A DNA stretch of 64,000 bases from an uncultured Caulobacterales bacterium (GCA_964410285.1 CAYPFR010000006.1:18401-82400); one strand, 5' to 3'; positions 9,341 through 18,904 are shown, counted from the first letter of the stretch. Made by a program: numbers and translations. The notes: generated by a model from the letters alone, not told the origin.

Positions 9341-10599
9341 GAATGCTCTCCATTGGAGGTGAAGGATTTGCGCAGCGCGAATAAAAGGCCGTAGGCAAGT
9401 ATCAAGACCACAGGGAACAACAAAATTTTGCTTAGGGTTGCTTGCCCCGCCGCAAGCTGCACCGCTTCTCCGGCAAGGCCAGACGCTTCGGCTTTAGCGG
9501 TTTCACTATCAAGCCAGCCGCCGATAACGGGCTGCCACATAGCAAGTCCCATCATGCCCGCGCCGCCGACTATCGACATACCTAGCGCGCCTGTTTGCGG
9601 CATGTATTCGCCGACGAAACCAACCATGGTGGGCCAGAAATAGCAAACACCAATCGCAAAGACGATCGCGGCTAAATAGGTCATGGGCCCCGTTGCGATA
9701 CTCAGAAGAAAAACGCCCAAAGTCGTGACAATTGCTGAGAATAATAGAACTCCAATCGGGTTTAGGGCATGAACCAAGGGACCTGCGAAATACCGCCCGA
9801 TCGCCATAAGGCCCGTCACAATTGCCAAAATAACCAGCGGATTTGCGCCCGAGCTTTCCAGCAAAGAGCCAACCCATTGCTGGGTACCAAGTTCGGTTGT
9901 TGCCGTAATCGTCATCAGAACACACATGAAGATAAAGAGCGGAGAGAGCAAAGACTTCAAATTCTTGCCCGTATCGGTCAAATCTGTTTTATCGCGGCGA
10001 ACGTCAGGAAACTTGGTAGTAAAAATCATATAGCCGTAAATAAGGGTCGGTATAAGCATGACAGCAATTTCAAGCTGCCATGTTGGGTTACCCGATCCGC
10101 CAAATAATTTCTTCACCAAAAGCGCCGCAAGGGAGCCAACGACGATACCGCCCGGAAACCAGACATGAAATTTGTTGAGCATGGTCGTCTTATTATCGCG
10201 GTGCATATTGGCAATCATGGGGTTACACGCCGCCTCAACCGCGCCATTGGCAAAACCAACAAAAAAGGTCGAGATCACCAGTCCCATAAACCCGCCGGCA
10301 AAAATCGTAAGCCCCAATCCCAGTAAATGCCCGAGAAAGGCAATAATCATAATCAAGCGCGGACCTATGGAATTATACAATAACCCCCCAAGCACGGTCG
10401 CCGCTGGAAATCCGAAAAAGGCCATTGAAGCCGTCCAGCCGAGCTGCGCTTTCGTAAGATTAAATTCTGCGCCCAAATCATTAAGCATCCCTGCGCGAAT
10501 AGCAAAGGTCATTGCAGTCACGCAGAGCGCTATACAGCTAAGCAAAAATAAGCGATTGGGCTTTATGCCCTCGTTCATCGCGTGTGTTGTATCTACCAT
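9337..10599 (-). CDS. MFS transporter (probable sugar transporter)
   Basis: 420-aa protein with about 12 hydrophobic segments, sitting in a sugar-enzyme context. ATGA overlap with the downstream gene. Confidence 0.85.
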   Translation of the reverse strand: MVDTTHAMNEGIKPNRLFLLSCIALCVTAMTFAIRAGMLNDLGAEFNLTKAQLGWTASMAFFGFPAATVLGGLLYNSIGPRLIMIIAFLGHLLGLGLTIFAGGFMGLVISTFFVGFANGAVEAACNPMIANMHRDNKTTMLNKFHVWFPGGIVVGSLAALLVKKLFGGSGNPTWQLEIAVMLIPTLIYGYMIFTTKFPDVRRDKTDLTDTGKNLKSLLSPLFIFMCVLMTITATTELGTQQWVGSLLESSGANPLVILAIVTGLMAIGRYFAGPLVHALNPIGVLLFSAIVTTLGVFLLSIATGPMTYLAAIVFAIGVCYFWPTMVGFVGEYMPQTGALGMSIVGGAGMMGLAMWQPVIGGWLDSETAKAEASGLAGEAVQLAAGQATLSKILLFPVVLILAYGLLFALRKSFTSNGEHS

Positions 10600-10643
10600 T
10601 TTAAGTCCCCTAATTTACTTATATTATTAATTGGCAGCCTGGC

Positions 10644-11696
10644 TCAACTCAGCCCCAACATTTTGCGGTTGCTGGCCTGATCAGCAGCCCCGCCGGCGAA
10701 ATCGTCAAAGGCTTTATCTGTGACCCTGATGATATGGTCGGCGACAAATTTCGCGCCTTCGCGCGCGCCGTCCTGATTATGCTTGAGCGCGCATTCCCAT
10801 TCAACCACCGCCCAGCCGTCAAAGTCATAGGCAGAGAGCTTTGAGAAAATCGCCTTGAAGTCAATCTGTCCATCGCCAAGCGAACGGAACCGGCCCGGAC
10901 GTTCCGTCCAGCCCTGATATCCGCCGTAAACGCCCGATTTCCCATTTGGGCGAAACTCTGCGTCTTTAACGTGGAACATTTTTATGCGCTCATGATAGTG
11001 GTCAACAAATGAGAGATAATCGAGCTGCTGCAAGATAAAATGGCTGGGGTCATAAAGAATATTACAGCGCGGATGATCGTCAACTTCCTTGAGGAAACGC
11101 TCAAAGGTCACGCCGTCATGTAAGTCCTCACCCGGATGAATTTCATAACACACATCCACGCCGCATTCATCATAGTAATCCAAAATAGGCCGCCAGCGCC
11201 GCGCCAGTTCTTTAAAGCCTTCTTCGACAAGGCCCGCCGGACGCTGCGGCCATGGATACATAAAAGGCCAGACCAGCGCGCCTGGAAAGGACACGGATTG
11301 CGTCAGCCCAAGGCGCTGCGAAGCCTTGGCCGCGAACATGACTTGCTCCACGGCCCATTCTTGGCGGGCTTTGGGCTTGCCATGTAAATGCGCGGGCGCA
11401 AAGGCGTCAAACGCGGTGTCATAGGCCGGATGAACCGCCACAAGCTGCCCTTGAATATGGGTAGAAAGCTCTGTGATCTCAACGCCCCATTCCTTGCACT
11501 TGCCCTTATACTCATCGCAATAATCCTGACTTTCGGCCGCGAGTTTCAAGTCAATACAAACGGGGTTATCCGAAGGGATTTGTACGCCTTTATACCCGAC
11601 ACCCGCCATCCAGCGGCAGGCATTTTCCATTGTATCAAACGGCGCATCACCCATAAATTGCGCGAGAAATATTGCGGGGCCTTTAAGAGTCTTCAC
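10644..11696 (-). CDS. sugar phosphate isomerase/epimerase (xylose-isomerase-fold TIM barrel), cytoplasmic
   Basis: (V)KTLKGPAIFLAQFMGD..., CYEIHPGEDL, MFHVKDAEF, AVVEWEC. GTG at 11696 makes a GTGA overlap with the Gfo/Idh/MocA stop. ATG 11714 is the alternative start. Confidence 0.85.
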   Translation of the reverse strand: MKTLKGPAIFLAQFMGDAPFDTMENACRWMAGVGYKGVQIPSDNPVCIDLKLAAESQDYCDEYKGKCKEWGVEITELSTHIQGQLVAVHPAYDTAFDAFAPAHLHGKPKARQEWAVEQVMFAAKASQRLGLTQSVSFPGALVWPFMYPWPQRPAGLVEEGFKELARRWRPILDYYDECGVDVCYEIHPGEDLHDGVTFERFLKEVDDHPRCNILYDPSHFILQQLDYLSFVDHYHERIKMFHVKDAEFRPNGKSGVYGGYQGWTERPGRFRSLGDGQIDFKAIFSKLSAYDFDGWAVVEWECALKHNQDGAREGAKFVADHIIRVTDKAFDDFAGGAADQASNRKMLGLS

Positions 11697-12832
11697 GTGC
11701 TGATCTCCGTCCATTCTGAATTATTATCGCTACTTTCAAGCAAAGCCTGCACAAAGGCCATGCCGCGTACGCCGGCCTCTATGCCTGCGGAACTGCCGCT
11801 GTTTGTTTTGAGGGCGCGGGCAAAATCAAGGTAGCAATTGGCAAATGCTTCAATATAGCCCTCAGGATGTCCAGCGGGCGTGCGAAACCACCCCTGAGCG
11901 CCCGCCGAGAGATAGCCTTGCGCTGCGCGTATCGTTTCCATAGGCCGGTCCGCATAGGTGCGAATAAGGCTGTTGGGCTCTTCTTGATGCCACTCAAGCC
12001 CCCCGGTCTCGCCGTAGATCCGGATTGAAAGACTGTTCTCGCGGCCAACGCACACCTGACTGGCGCTAAGCGTACCCTTCACGCCGCCTTCCATGCGAAA
12101 CAGGGCCGAGCCATCGTCATCCAGCCGCCGCCCGTCTACAAAAATTGATAAATCTGCGGCCACATGGGTCATGCGCTTGCCCGTCATAAATTCCGCAAGA
12201 TTATGCGCGTGAGTGCCAATATCGCCCATACATCCCGACCCGCCAGAGCGCGCAGGGTCCGTGCGCCAATCGGCTTGCTTGTTCTCAACTTCACCTGCCA
12301 GCCAGCCTTGGATATATTCAACGAAGACTTTCCTAACCTTGCCAATTCCGCCGGATTCAATAATGCCGCGCGCTTCCCCGACGAGCGGATAGCCCAGATA
12401 GGTATGGGTCAGGCCATAAGATTTTCCGCTACTGTTCACGATTTCTCTAAGATCCCGTGCCTGGTCAAGGTTAAGGGTCGCAGGCTTGTCCGAGAGAACA
12501 TGAAATCCTGCTTCCAAGGCAAGTTTAGCCACTGGGAAATGCATATGGTTTGGCGTCACAATTGAGACGAAATCCATTCGCTCATTCGCCGGCAGGGCCG
12601 CTTCAGCCTGAATCATCGTCTCGAAATCTGCATAACAGCGAGACGGCGAGAGCCCGAGCGCCGCGCCCGTAACCTTACAATTTTCCGGATCGCGCGAAAA
12701 CGCGCCGCATACCAGCTCTATTTCCCCGTCCAGCCGCGCGGCAAGCCGGTGAACATCCCCGATAAAGGCGCCTTGTCCGCCGCCAACCATACCGTATTTA
12801 ATGACGGATTTGTTCTGCAATCTTTCATCCAC
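11693..12832 (-). CDS. Gfo/Idh/MocA-family NAD(P)-dependent oxidoreductase
   Basis: Rossmann start IKYGMVGGGQGAFIG and VSIVTPNHMHFPVA...DKP, the family signature. The start codon at 12832 is GTG, so the exact start is uncertain. Confidence 0.9.
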   Translation of the reverse strand: MDERLQNKSVIKYGMVGGGQGAFIGDVHRLAARLDGEIELVCGAFSRDPENCKVTGAALGLSPSRCYADFETMIQAEAALPANERMDFVSIVTPNHMHFPVAKLALEAGFHVLSDKPATLNLDQARDLREIVNSSGKSYGLTHTYLGYPLVGEARGIIESGGIGKVRKVFVEYIQGWLAGEVENKQADWRTDPARSGGSGCMGDIGTHAHNLAEFMTGKRMTHVAADLSIFVDGRRLDDDGSALFRMEGGVKGTLSASQVCVGRENSLSIRIYGETGGLEWHQEEPNSLIRTYADRPMETIRAAQGYLSAGAQGWFRTPAGHPEGYIEAFANCYLDFARALKTNSGSSAGIEAGVRGMAFVQALLESSDNNSEWTEIST

Positions 12833-12943
12833 CCTTATTTTACCCGGCGCTTTTCACGCTCATGATATTCTCAGTCTTAAGACTAACGCCTCACCGCAAT
12901 CTGGCAAGGCCTCTATTTATTTTACATCATATCCGGGGCCCAA

Positions 12944-15484
12944 TTATTTCAGGCAGCCCGCCGCCCCTTCATTTGCCATCAGCCGTACATCGGACAACGA
13001 AATGGCCAGCTTATCTTCCGACGCCAAAACAAAAGGCGAGGTAATTTGGTCCATTACATCCCCTTCCCCAAAGCAGGAAAGTTTGACTTGATATTCTTGC
13101 CACTCACCCAAGGACGCACCCGCGAGGGATTGACCCAATGGCTGCGCATTTGGCGCGCAGCTTTGCCCGCAGCTAACCGAAAGCGTGAGCGCTTTGCCAT
13201 CCATCTCGCTATCGCGGCGAATACGGAAATAGACCGCCATATCCCCCGTTGTCTGGCGGGACAAATCAACAGCATTGCCGCCAATCTCAAACTGAGCGGC
13301 ATGACTGCCGCCCCATTCAATAGAGCGTATATTCTCCTGCGCCCCGTCATCGGCAGAATTGACCTGAACAGCGCCCATGGGCGAACGTCCGCGAGTGGTT
13401 GCAATGGTCGTTCGGCCCGCAGCATCAGACGCGTAAAGCGCCCACGGGAAGACAGCTTTTCCAACGGTGAAAAACTCGCTGTCATTCTTCACGGAAAGCG
13501 CGATTCCGGCTTCCTCCGGTAGGGTCTCGACCGTGCCGGGCTGCGCATATGACAGACCGTAGCCATAGGCAAACAGAGGATCATAATCCGCGTCCCCAAC
13601 ATTAAGCGGTGTTTGAACGGCAGTGCGCGGCCAAGAATACGGCAGCACGCCTTTAAAGTCATAGGCCGTGCTCCCGCTCGCATCGGTAAACAGAACATCC
13701 GCCGCATAGCCGCCCTCGGAGCCAGGAAGCCAAGCCGCGACAAATGCATCAGAGCTATTGATCTCGCGGTTCATCCACAGCGGACGACCGGAGAGAAAAA
13801 TAGCAACAACGGGAATACCATCGGCCTTGAGTTTTTTCAAAAGCAACAGATCGCTATCATCGCCCGGCTTATAGGAGAGATTATCGATATCCCCTTTAAA
13901 CTCAGCATAAGGCTCTTCGCCAAAAACCACCACGGCCACATCGGGCCTATCTGCGTAGCTTCCATCTTCCGACAATTCAACTGAGCCGCCAGCGGCGTTT
14001 ACATGCCGCTTAACGCCGTCATAAAATGACGAGCCGCCCGGAAAATCAGTATTGGAGTTTCCCGTTCCTTGCCAAGATAGCGTCCAGCCGCCGGATTGCT
14101 TTCCGATATTATGCGCGCCGTCTCCCGCCATCAGCACATTGGCTTTGGGAGAGAGCGGAAGCACACCATTATTTTTGATCAAGACAAGCGATTCTCGCAC
14201 GGCTTGGCGAGCGACTTTTTTTGAGGCCTCGGAGGCCAAGATTTGATATTCACCAGCAAGAGCGCGCAGGCTGGGCTTGCCAGCCTCAAACAGGCCGCTG
14301 CGCAGTTTTACGCGCAATATCCGGCGCACGGCATCCTCAAGGCGGTCCATATCGACCTCACCGGCTTGCGCGCGGGTAAGCAGGCTATCAAAAAGACCGC
14401 GCCAGCTATCAGGCGCCATATACATATCCAGGCCCGCATGCAGAGCTTTGACGCAATCCGTATTCGTACAGCCCTCGATCTGGCCGTGGGCATTCCAGTC
14501 GCCAACGACGAAACCATCAAACCCCATTCGCTCTTTCAGAACGTCTGTAATCAAACCTTTATGACCATGCAGCTTTTTGCCGTGCCAACTCGAAAATGAG
14601 ATCATAACTGACTGCGCGCCTGCTTCAATCGCGACGGGATAGCCCGCGCCATGAATATCGCGCAGCTCTGCTTCGCTATCAAGATTATCGCCTTGGTCAC
14701 GCCCGCCATCTGTACCGCCATCGCCCAAAAAATGCTTGGCAGTCGCGATAACTTTTTCGCCCTTAAGCCAGCCTTCCGTGCCCGCAATGCCTTGAATACC
14801 TTTGATGAGTTCACCAGCATAGCTCGCTGTCACCTCGGGGCTTTCTGCATAGCCCTCATATGTGCGGCCCCAGCGATCATCCCGAACAACGGCAATGGTC
14901 GGCGCAAAGGTCCATTCTTGTCCGCCAACGCGAATTTCCTGCGCCGTCACGGCCCCTATCCGACCCAGAAGCGACGGATTTCGCGTCGCGCCAAGACCAA
15001 TATTATGCGGAAAAACGGTCGCGCCGGGCACATTGTTATGTCCATGCACGGCATCTGTTCCCCAAAGCAACGGAATGAAGGGGCCGCCCTCTAAATCCGC
15101 CGCCTTGCTGGCCTCCCAGAATTTATCCGCCAGCTCCACCCACGCGGAGGCCGGAGACCGGTTATCCCCATTAGGGGCGGAATTACCGCCGTTCAGGAGC
15201 GAGCCCAAGGGGTAAGTTTTTAGGTCCTCAGGCGTAATCGATCCGATATCCGCCTGAACAATCTGGCCAATTTTCTGGCGAAGCGTCATTTGGGATATAA
15301 GTTCGGTGATCCGCGCCTCCATCGCCGCATCAAGACCGACAGGCGATTGGGCTTTAGGCCAATTTTCTGGATTTACAGTTCCGGGGGCCGCCGGCGCTGA
15401 GGGGGCAACGGATTCAGCTGAGCACGCCGAAAGAGCCAAGGCCGCCAAAACCGCTGTCGCGGGCTTTAAAAAAGAGTGCATCAT
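12944..15484 (-). CDS. glycoside hydrolase family 3 beta-glucosidase/exo-glucanase (ExoP-like, extra C-terminal domain), lipoprotein
   Basis: Lipobox LALSAC. GH3 motifs LLWGTDAVHGHNN, KHFLGDGGT and GFVVGDW (nucleophile region), plus about 170 aa of additional C-terminal beta-rich domain. Confidence 0.9.
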   Translation of the reverse strand: MMHSFLKPATAVLAALALSACSAESVAPSAPAAPGTVNPENWPKAQSPVGLDAAMEARITELISQMTLRQKIGQIVQADIGSITPEDLKTYPLGSLLNGGNSAPNGDNRSPASAWVELADKFWEASKAADLEGGPFIPLLWGTDAVHGHNNVPGATVFPHNIGLGATRNPSLLGRIGAVTAQEIRVGGQEWTFAPTIAVVRDDRWGRTYEGYAESPEVTASYAGELIKGIQGIAGTEGWLKGEKVIATAKHFLGDGGTDGGRDQGDNLDSEAELRDIHGAGYPVAIEAGAQSVMISFSSWHGKKLHGHKGLITDVLKERMGFDGFVVGDWNAHGQIEGCTNTDCVKALHAGLDMYMAPDSWRGLFDSLLTRAQAGEVDMDRLEDAVRRILRVKLRSGLFEAGKPSLRALAGEYQILASEASKKVARQAVRESLVLIKNNGVLPLSPKANVLMAGDGAHNIGKQSGGWTLSWQGTGNSNTDFPGGSSFYDGVKRHVNAAGGSVELSEDGSYADRPDVAVVVFGEEPYAEFKGDIDNLSYKPGDDSDLLLLKKLKADGIPVVAIFLSGRPLWMNREINSSDAFVAAWLPGSEGGYAADVLFTDASGSTAYDFKGVLPYSWPRTAVQTPLNVGDADYDPLFAYGYGLSYAQPGTVETLPEEAGIALSVKNDSEFFTVGKAVFPWALYASDAAGRTTIATTRGRSPMGAVQVNSADDGAQENIRSIEWGGSHAAQFEIGGNAVDLSRQTTGDMAVYFRIRRDSEMDGKALTLSVSCGQSCAPNAQPLGQSLAGASLGEWQEYQVKLSCFGEGDVMDQITSPFVLASEDKLAISLSDVRLMANEGAAGCLK

Positions 15485-15614
15485 GACAAATTTTCCCCCG
15501 ATTGTTTTACGTTTGTCATATTTATGTCTCCAGCTATATCAGCAGTTATTGTTTTGCGCCGCGTTAAAATGCCATTGCGCCACATATTATGATCCATAGG
15601 CACGGGATACGCTA

Positions 15615-15656
15615 GGCGTTCGCCCATCTTTTACTTGGGCGTTCGCCCATCTTTTA
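15615..15656. repeat. tandem direct duplication, 19-nt core ggcgttcgcccatctttta at 23-nt period
   Basis: Read directly: copies at 15615..15633 and 15638..15656. The duplication straddles the stop codon of ORF 15631..15936. Confidence 0.9.
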
Positions 15657-15936
15657 TAAGGGTGCAGCGGCTCACAAATGCGACCATTTCTTCTAGGACT
15701 GGTTTTGCAAGGTCATAGGAAAATTTACTGACGAGAAGCGACTCCACATCTGACATCAATGTCACGTCCTCTCGCGTTAAGGACCGCGTCTGGCTAAACG
15801 AGCTATCGCAGGACTCCTTGCTGGTGCCGCAATCATCAAGTTTATGATAGAGCGCTTCGATGAATTGAATTTCTTTTAGAATGGAGTCACCTTTGACTTT
15901 TTTTACATGGGAAAATTGGGTCATATTCTTTGTCAT
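15631..15936 (-). CDS. hypothetical protein (orphan ORF in an AT-rich patch)
   Basis: 101-aa ORF with an ATG start and no motif I recognise. It lies in a visibly AT-richer intergenic patch, so coding status is uncertain. Confidence 0.3.
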   Translation of the reverse strand: MTKNMTQFSHVKKVKGDSILKEIQFIEALYHKLDDCGTSKESCDSSFSQTRSLTREDVTLMSDVESLLVSKFSYDLAKPVLEEMVAFVSRCTLIKDGRTPK

Positions 15937-16080
15937 TCTGAACTACCTGTCATGAATTTTTGACTTACAGCTGGGGAGACCTGCGGCTCTAGAGACACTA
16001 CAAAAACAATTATGACAACGCTGTCAATACCTAAATGACCCTTTTTGCAATGTAAGCGTCTGGATTGTAAAAAAAGCTGG

Positions 16081-17787
16081 TTACGGCGAAATATAGGGGC
16101 GTAAAGCCGCCGCCCAGACGTCATACCCTTCGCGGTTTAGATGCAAATTGTCATAAGAGAGCTGTGGTAAGATACCGCCATCTCGTCCCGCGAATACGGG
16201 ATGCAGGTCAATATATTCAGCGCCTACTTGCTCGGCGATAGCTTTAAACTCTGTATTGATGGCAGAGACACGGCCCGCAAATTCCGGTTCTCGCGGCAGA
16301 ACACTTTGCAAATAGAGCCTTATCTTCGGACGTTTGAATTTCATAAAACGCATTATATCAGCCATCTCAGCCGCCATCACTTTGGGGTCATGGTCATAAC
16401 CAATGTCATTTGTGCCGATCTTGATGAAAATTTTTTCAGGATTATGCACTAAAATTTGCGGAAGGCGGTGGCCGACTCCGCTGACAATATCCCATGCGAT
16501 CCCGTGATTTACGCTGACGACATCGGGAAACAAAGCCCGCCAATCCGCAGCCTCTGTGATACTATCACCGATGAATAAGACACCGCCGTCCAGCGGCAAG
16601 TCGTTATAGAGAGCCTTAACCCGCTTTCGGTAGTGCTCTTTTCCGCCATCCAGCATATCTTTTGGGGGATTTATCGAAAGTCCAGCGCGAAGCGTAATCG
16701 GATCAGCCTTCCACCCCATTAAATCTGCAATATGGCTGGACAGATTTTGCGCCATTAGCCGCGCTGTATCTTGTCCGGGGTGATAATCGCAGCTCCATTT
16801 CAGCAAAGATTCCGACCAGGTCACATCCAGCAGAGAAATTGCGGGATTGTTTAATTGGGCGGCGGCGTCACGCACCGCGCGGCGCACAATTTGCGCCCCC
16901 TCCCCGCTTAACATGGGACCCGTTAAGGCAATTATTTTGGCATTTGGAAAGCGAGAGGCTGCATCCCCTAGCAATGTTTTATAGGCCGCCGTAAAGCCGC
17001 CCTCCTGTAGCTCTTGCGAAAAATCATTTGTCCCAAGGGCAATCACCACGGCCTGCGGGACAAATTGTGCGTGGTTCCATGTGCCGGGCCTATCCGGCAA
17101 AGCCCAATCGATCTGTGCGGGCATGAGCGGCTGCGGGGCGTTATCATAATTTCGAATCACGCCCCGGCCTGAAATAGCTATAAGGTGCGCCTGCGCGCTA
17201 AGGGCCTGAGCCGTCAGCATAGCATAAGCTTTCTGCGGTGCATTTGAGGAGGCTGTATAAATACAGTCTTTTGTATGGCCGCGTAACCCATAGCCTGCTG
17301 TGATACTATCCCCGATAAATAGAATTTTGCGCTTTTGCTCAGGACGCGGCAGAATTTCGCCCGCCGCCTCTATTTGCGCAATCCTAAAGCGTCCTGAATT
17401 TGACGGTTCTGTGCGGCGTGTTAACCGCACGTCAAAAAGGGCGGCCTCATCCACATCTACAATCGCGTAATCATTTACGCCGGGGTTGAGCGGTAGCGCG
17501 CTTTCGCGGCCGTTAATCAAAACGTCCATAACCCCGTTTCCCTCATCTTCGAGGCTAACCACCAATTTTGTGCCGCGCAGGCGAAGTGCAATGCCGCTGC
17601 CGGGCCAGCCCATCTCAAGCCCGCCGGCTTCGGCTTGGGCGTAGCGGCCAATTTTCTGCACGTTTTTAAACACGGTTTCATCATGTTGAGAACTGCAAGC
17701 GCTCAGAAAGAGCGCGCAAAGCCCGACGAATAATCCCGCTAGGCAGGGCATCAAACGAAAACGTTTAAGGTTGGAAGAAAATGTCAT
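16081..17787 (-). CDS. two-domain SGNH/GDSL hydrolase lipoprotein (CE2-like esterase plus a second SGNH domain)
   Basis: Lipobox LFLSAC. Two separate block-I motifs, ILFIGDSITAGYG and VLFIGDSITEA. Second-domain block V is DNLHLNREGY. Confidence 0.8.
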   Translation of the reverse strand: MTFSSNLKRFRLMPCLAGLFVGLCALFLSACSSQHDETVFKNVQKIGRYAQAEAGGLEMGWPGSGIALRLRGTKLVVSLEDEGNGVMDVLINGRESALPLNPGVNDYAIVDVDEAALFDVRLTRRTEPSNSGRFRIAQIEAAGEILPRPEQKRKILFIGDSITAGYGLRGHTKDCIYTASSNAPQKAYAMLTAQALSAQAHLIAISGRGVIRNYDNAPQPLMPAQIDWALPDRPGTWNHAQFVPQAVVIALGTNDFSQELQEGGFTAAYKTLLGDAASRFPNAKIIALTGPMLSGEGAQIVRRAVRDAAAQLNNPAISLLDVTWSESLLKWSCDYHPGQDTARLMAQNLSSHIADLMGWKADPITLRAGLSINPPKDMLDGGKEHYRKRVKALYNDLPLDGGVLFIGDSITEAADWRALFPDVVSVNHGIAWDIVSGVGHRLPQILVHNPEKIFIKIGTNDIGYDHDPKVMAAEMADIMRFMKFKRPKIRLYLQSVLPREPEFAGRVSAINTEFKAIAEQVGAEYIDLHPVFAGRDGGILPQLSYDNLHLNREGYDVWAAALRPYISP

Positions 17788-17794
17788 AAGCCAC

Positions 17795-18838
17795 TTAATC
17801 TATGGGAAATAAGGATTTCATCTGGCGCGGCGGGGCAGCGCTAGACTCGCGGATAACAAGCTTATGACCGATGATCTCATTACGCAATGGCGACTCTGGC
17901 GCTGAACGGCGCTCAGCCAATGCGCTGACCGCGCGCCGCATCATGTCTTCAATTGACTGATCTAGCGTTGTAAGGGCAGGTGAAATAATCCGCGAGAAGG
18001 GCGCATTGTCAAACCCAACAACGCTGAGGTGCTCTGGCACACGCAGGCCGCGCCGATAGGCCCCCGCAAGACAAGCCGCTGCCATTTCATCATTACTGGC
18101 GAAAACCGCTGTTGGCGGTCGCTCTAGGGAAAGGAGCGTCTCAATACTCTTTAGCCCCGATGCATAAGAAAAATCCCCTTCAACCATAAGGGCCGAATCT
18201 GGCGCTATATCGCTCTCGGCGAGCGCTTTGAGATATCCTGCAATCCGGTTTTGCGTAGCGCTATAGCGCCGATCACCTGTGACGAATGCTATCCGGCTAT
18301 GCCCACAGGACAAGAGGTAACGGGTCATATCTGCTGCAGCTTCGCGGTCGTCAATACCTATCTTGTCTCCGTGAGTATCGCCCTGATCCGCGCCAATGCG
18401 CACAAAAGGAATATGAGCGGATTGAAGCTCAGAGATCAGCGCATGGTCATCACAAAATGGCGGCAGGAGCAAAACACCCACGAGATCTCCTGATTTTTTC
18501 GCCATCTCAAGACCCTTTAAGTCTAAATCGGACTGCAATGCTAACTCAAAGCCATAGGCCTGACAGGCGAGTACCGCATTGATTTGGGCGGCCTGCGTAT
18601 AGGTCTGAGAGCGGTTATTGAGGCCAAGCACCAAGCGCCGCGCGGTTTTTGAGCGAAGTGAGCGCGCCGCACCGTTGACCTTAAAGTCTAAACCTGCCAC
18701 AGCATTAAGCACTTTTTGGCGCGTTGACTCGCGGACATAGGGTTCCCCGTTTAGCACGCGGGACACGGTTTTAAAGGAGACACCCGCCTGAGCGGCAACA
18801 TCTTTAATGGTCTTTGGTTTCTTTGGATCAATTTCCAT
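17795..18838 (-). CDS. LacI-family transcriptional regulator
   Basis: HTH motif KTIKDVAAQAGVSFKTVSRVLNG followed by a periplasmic-binding-protein-like sugar-binding fold. Confidence 0.9.
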   Translation of the reverse strand: MEIDPKKPKTIKDVAAQAGVSFKTVSRVLNGEPYVRESTRQKVLNAVAGLDFKVNGAARSLRSKTARRLVLGLNNRSQTYTQAAQINAVLACQAYGFELALQSDLDLKGLEMAKKSGDLVGVLLLPPFCDDHALISELQSAHIPFVRIGADQGDTHGDKIGIDDREAAADMTRYLLSCGHSRIAFVTGDRRYSATQNRIAGYLKALAESDIAPDSALMVEGDFSYASGLKSIETLLSLERPPTAVFASNDEMAAACLAGAYRRGLRVPEHLSVVGFDNAPFSRIISPALTTLDQSIEDMMRRAVSALAERRSAPESPLRNEIIGHKLVIRESSAAPPRQMKSLFPID

Positions 18839-18904
18839 AAATCAAACAGTCTATTCCCTTTTTATCTTCACATTTGAGAAAAGGTAGACTAGTTTGCACA
18901 AATT

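Noticed and set aside
12873-12884. The perfect 12-bp palindrome agtcttaagact between the GH3 and Gfo/Idh/MocA genes, and gcgcctaggcgc at 46486..46497.
   Set aside because: These are single occurrences with no second copy or recognisable operator family, so short palindromes of this size may be chance. I noted them but assigned no function.
15505-15520. A LacI-operator-like half-site (tgacaaacg on the minus strand) upstream of the GH3 gene.
   Set aside because: Only one arm matches and it carries an insertion. The other arm is unrelated, so this is not a credible operator.
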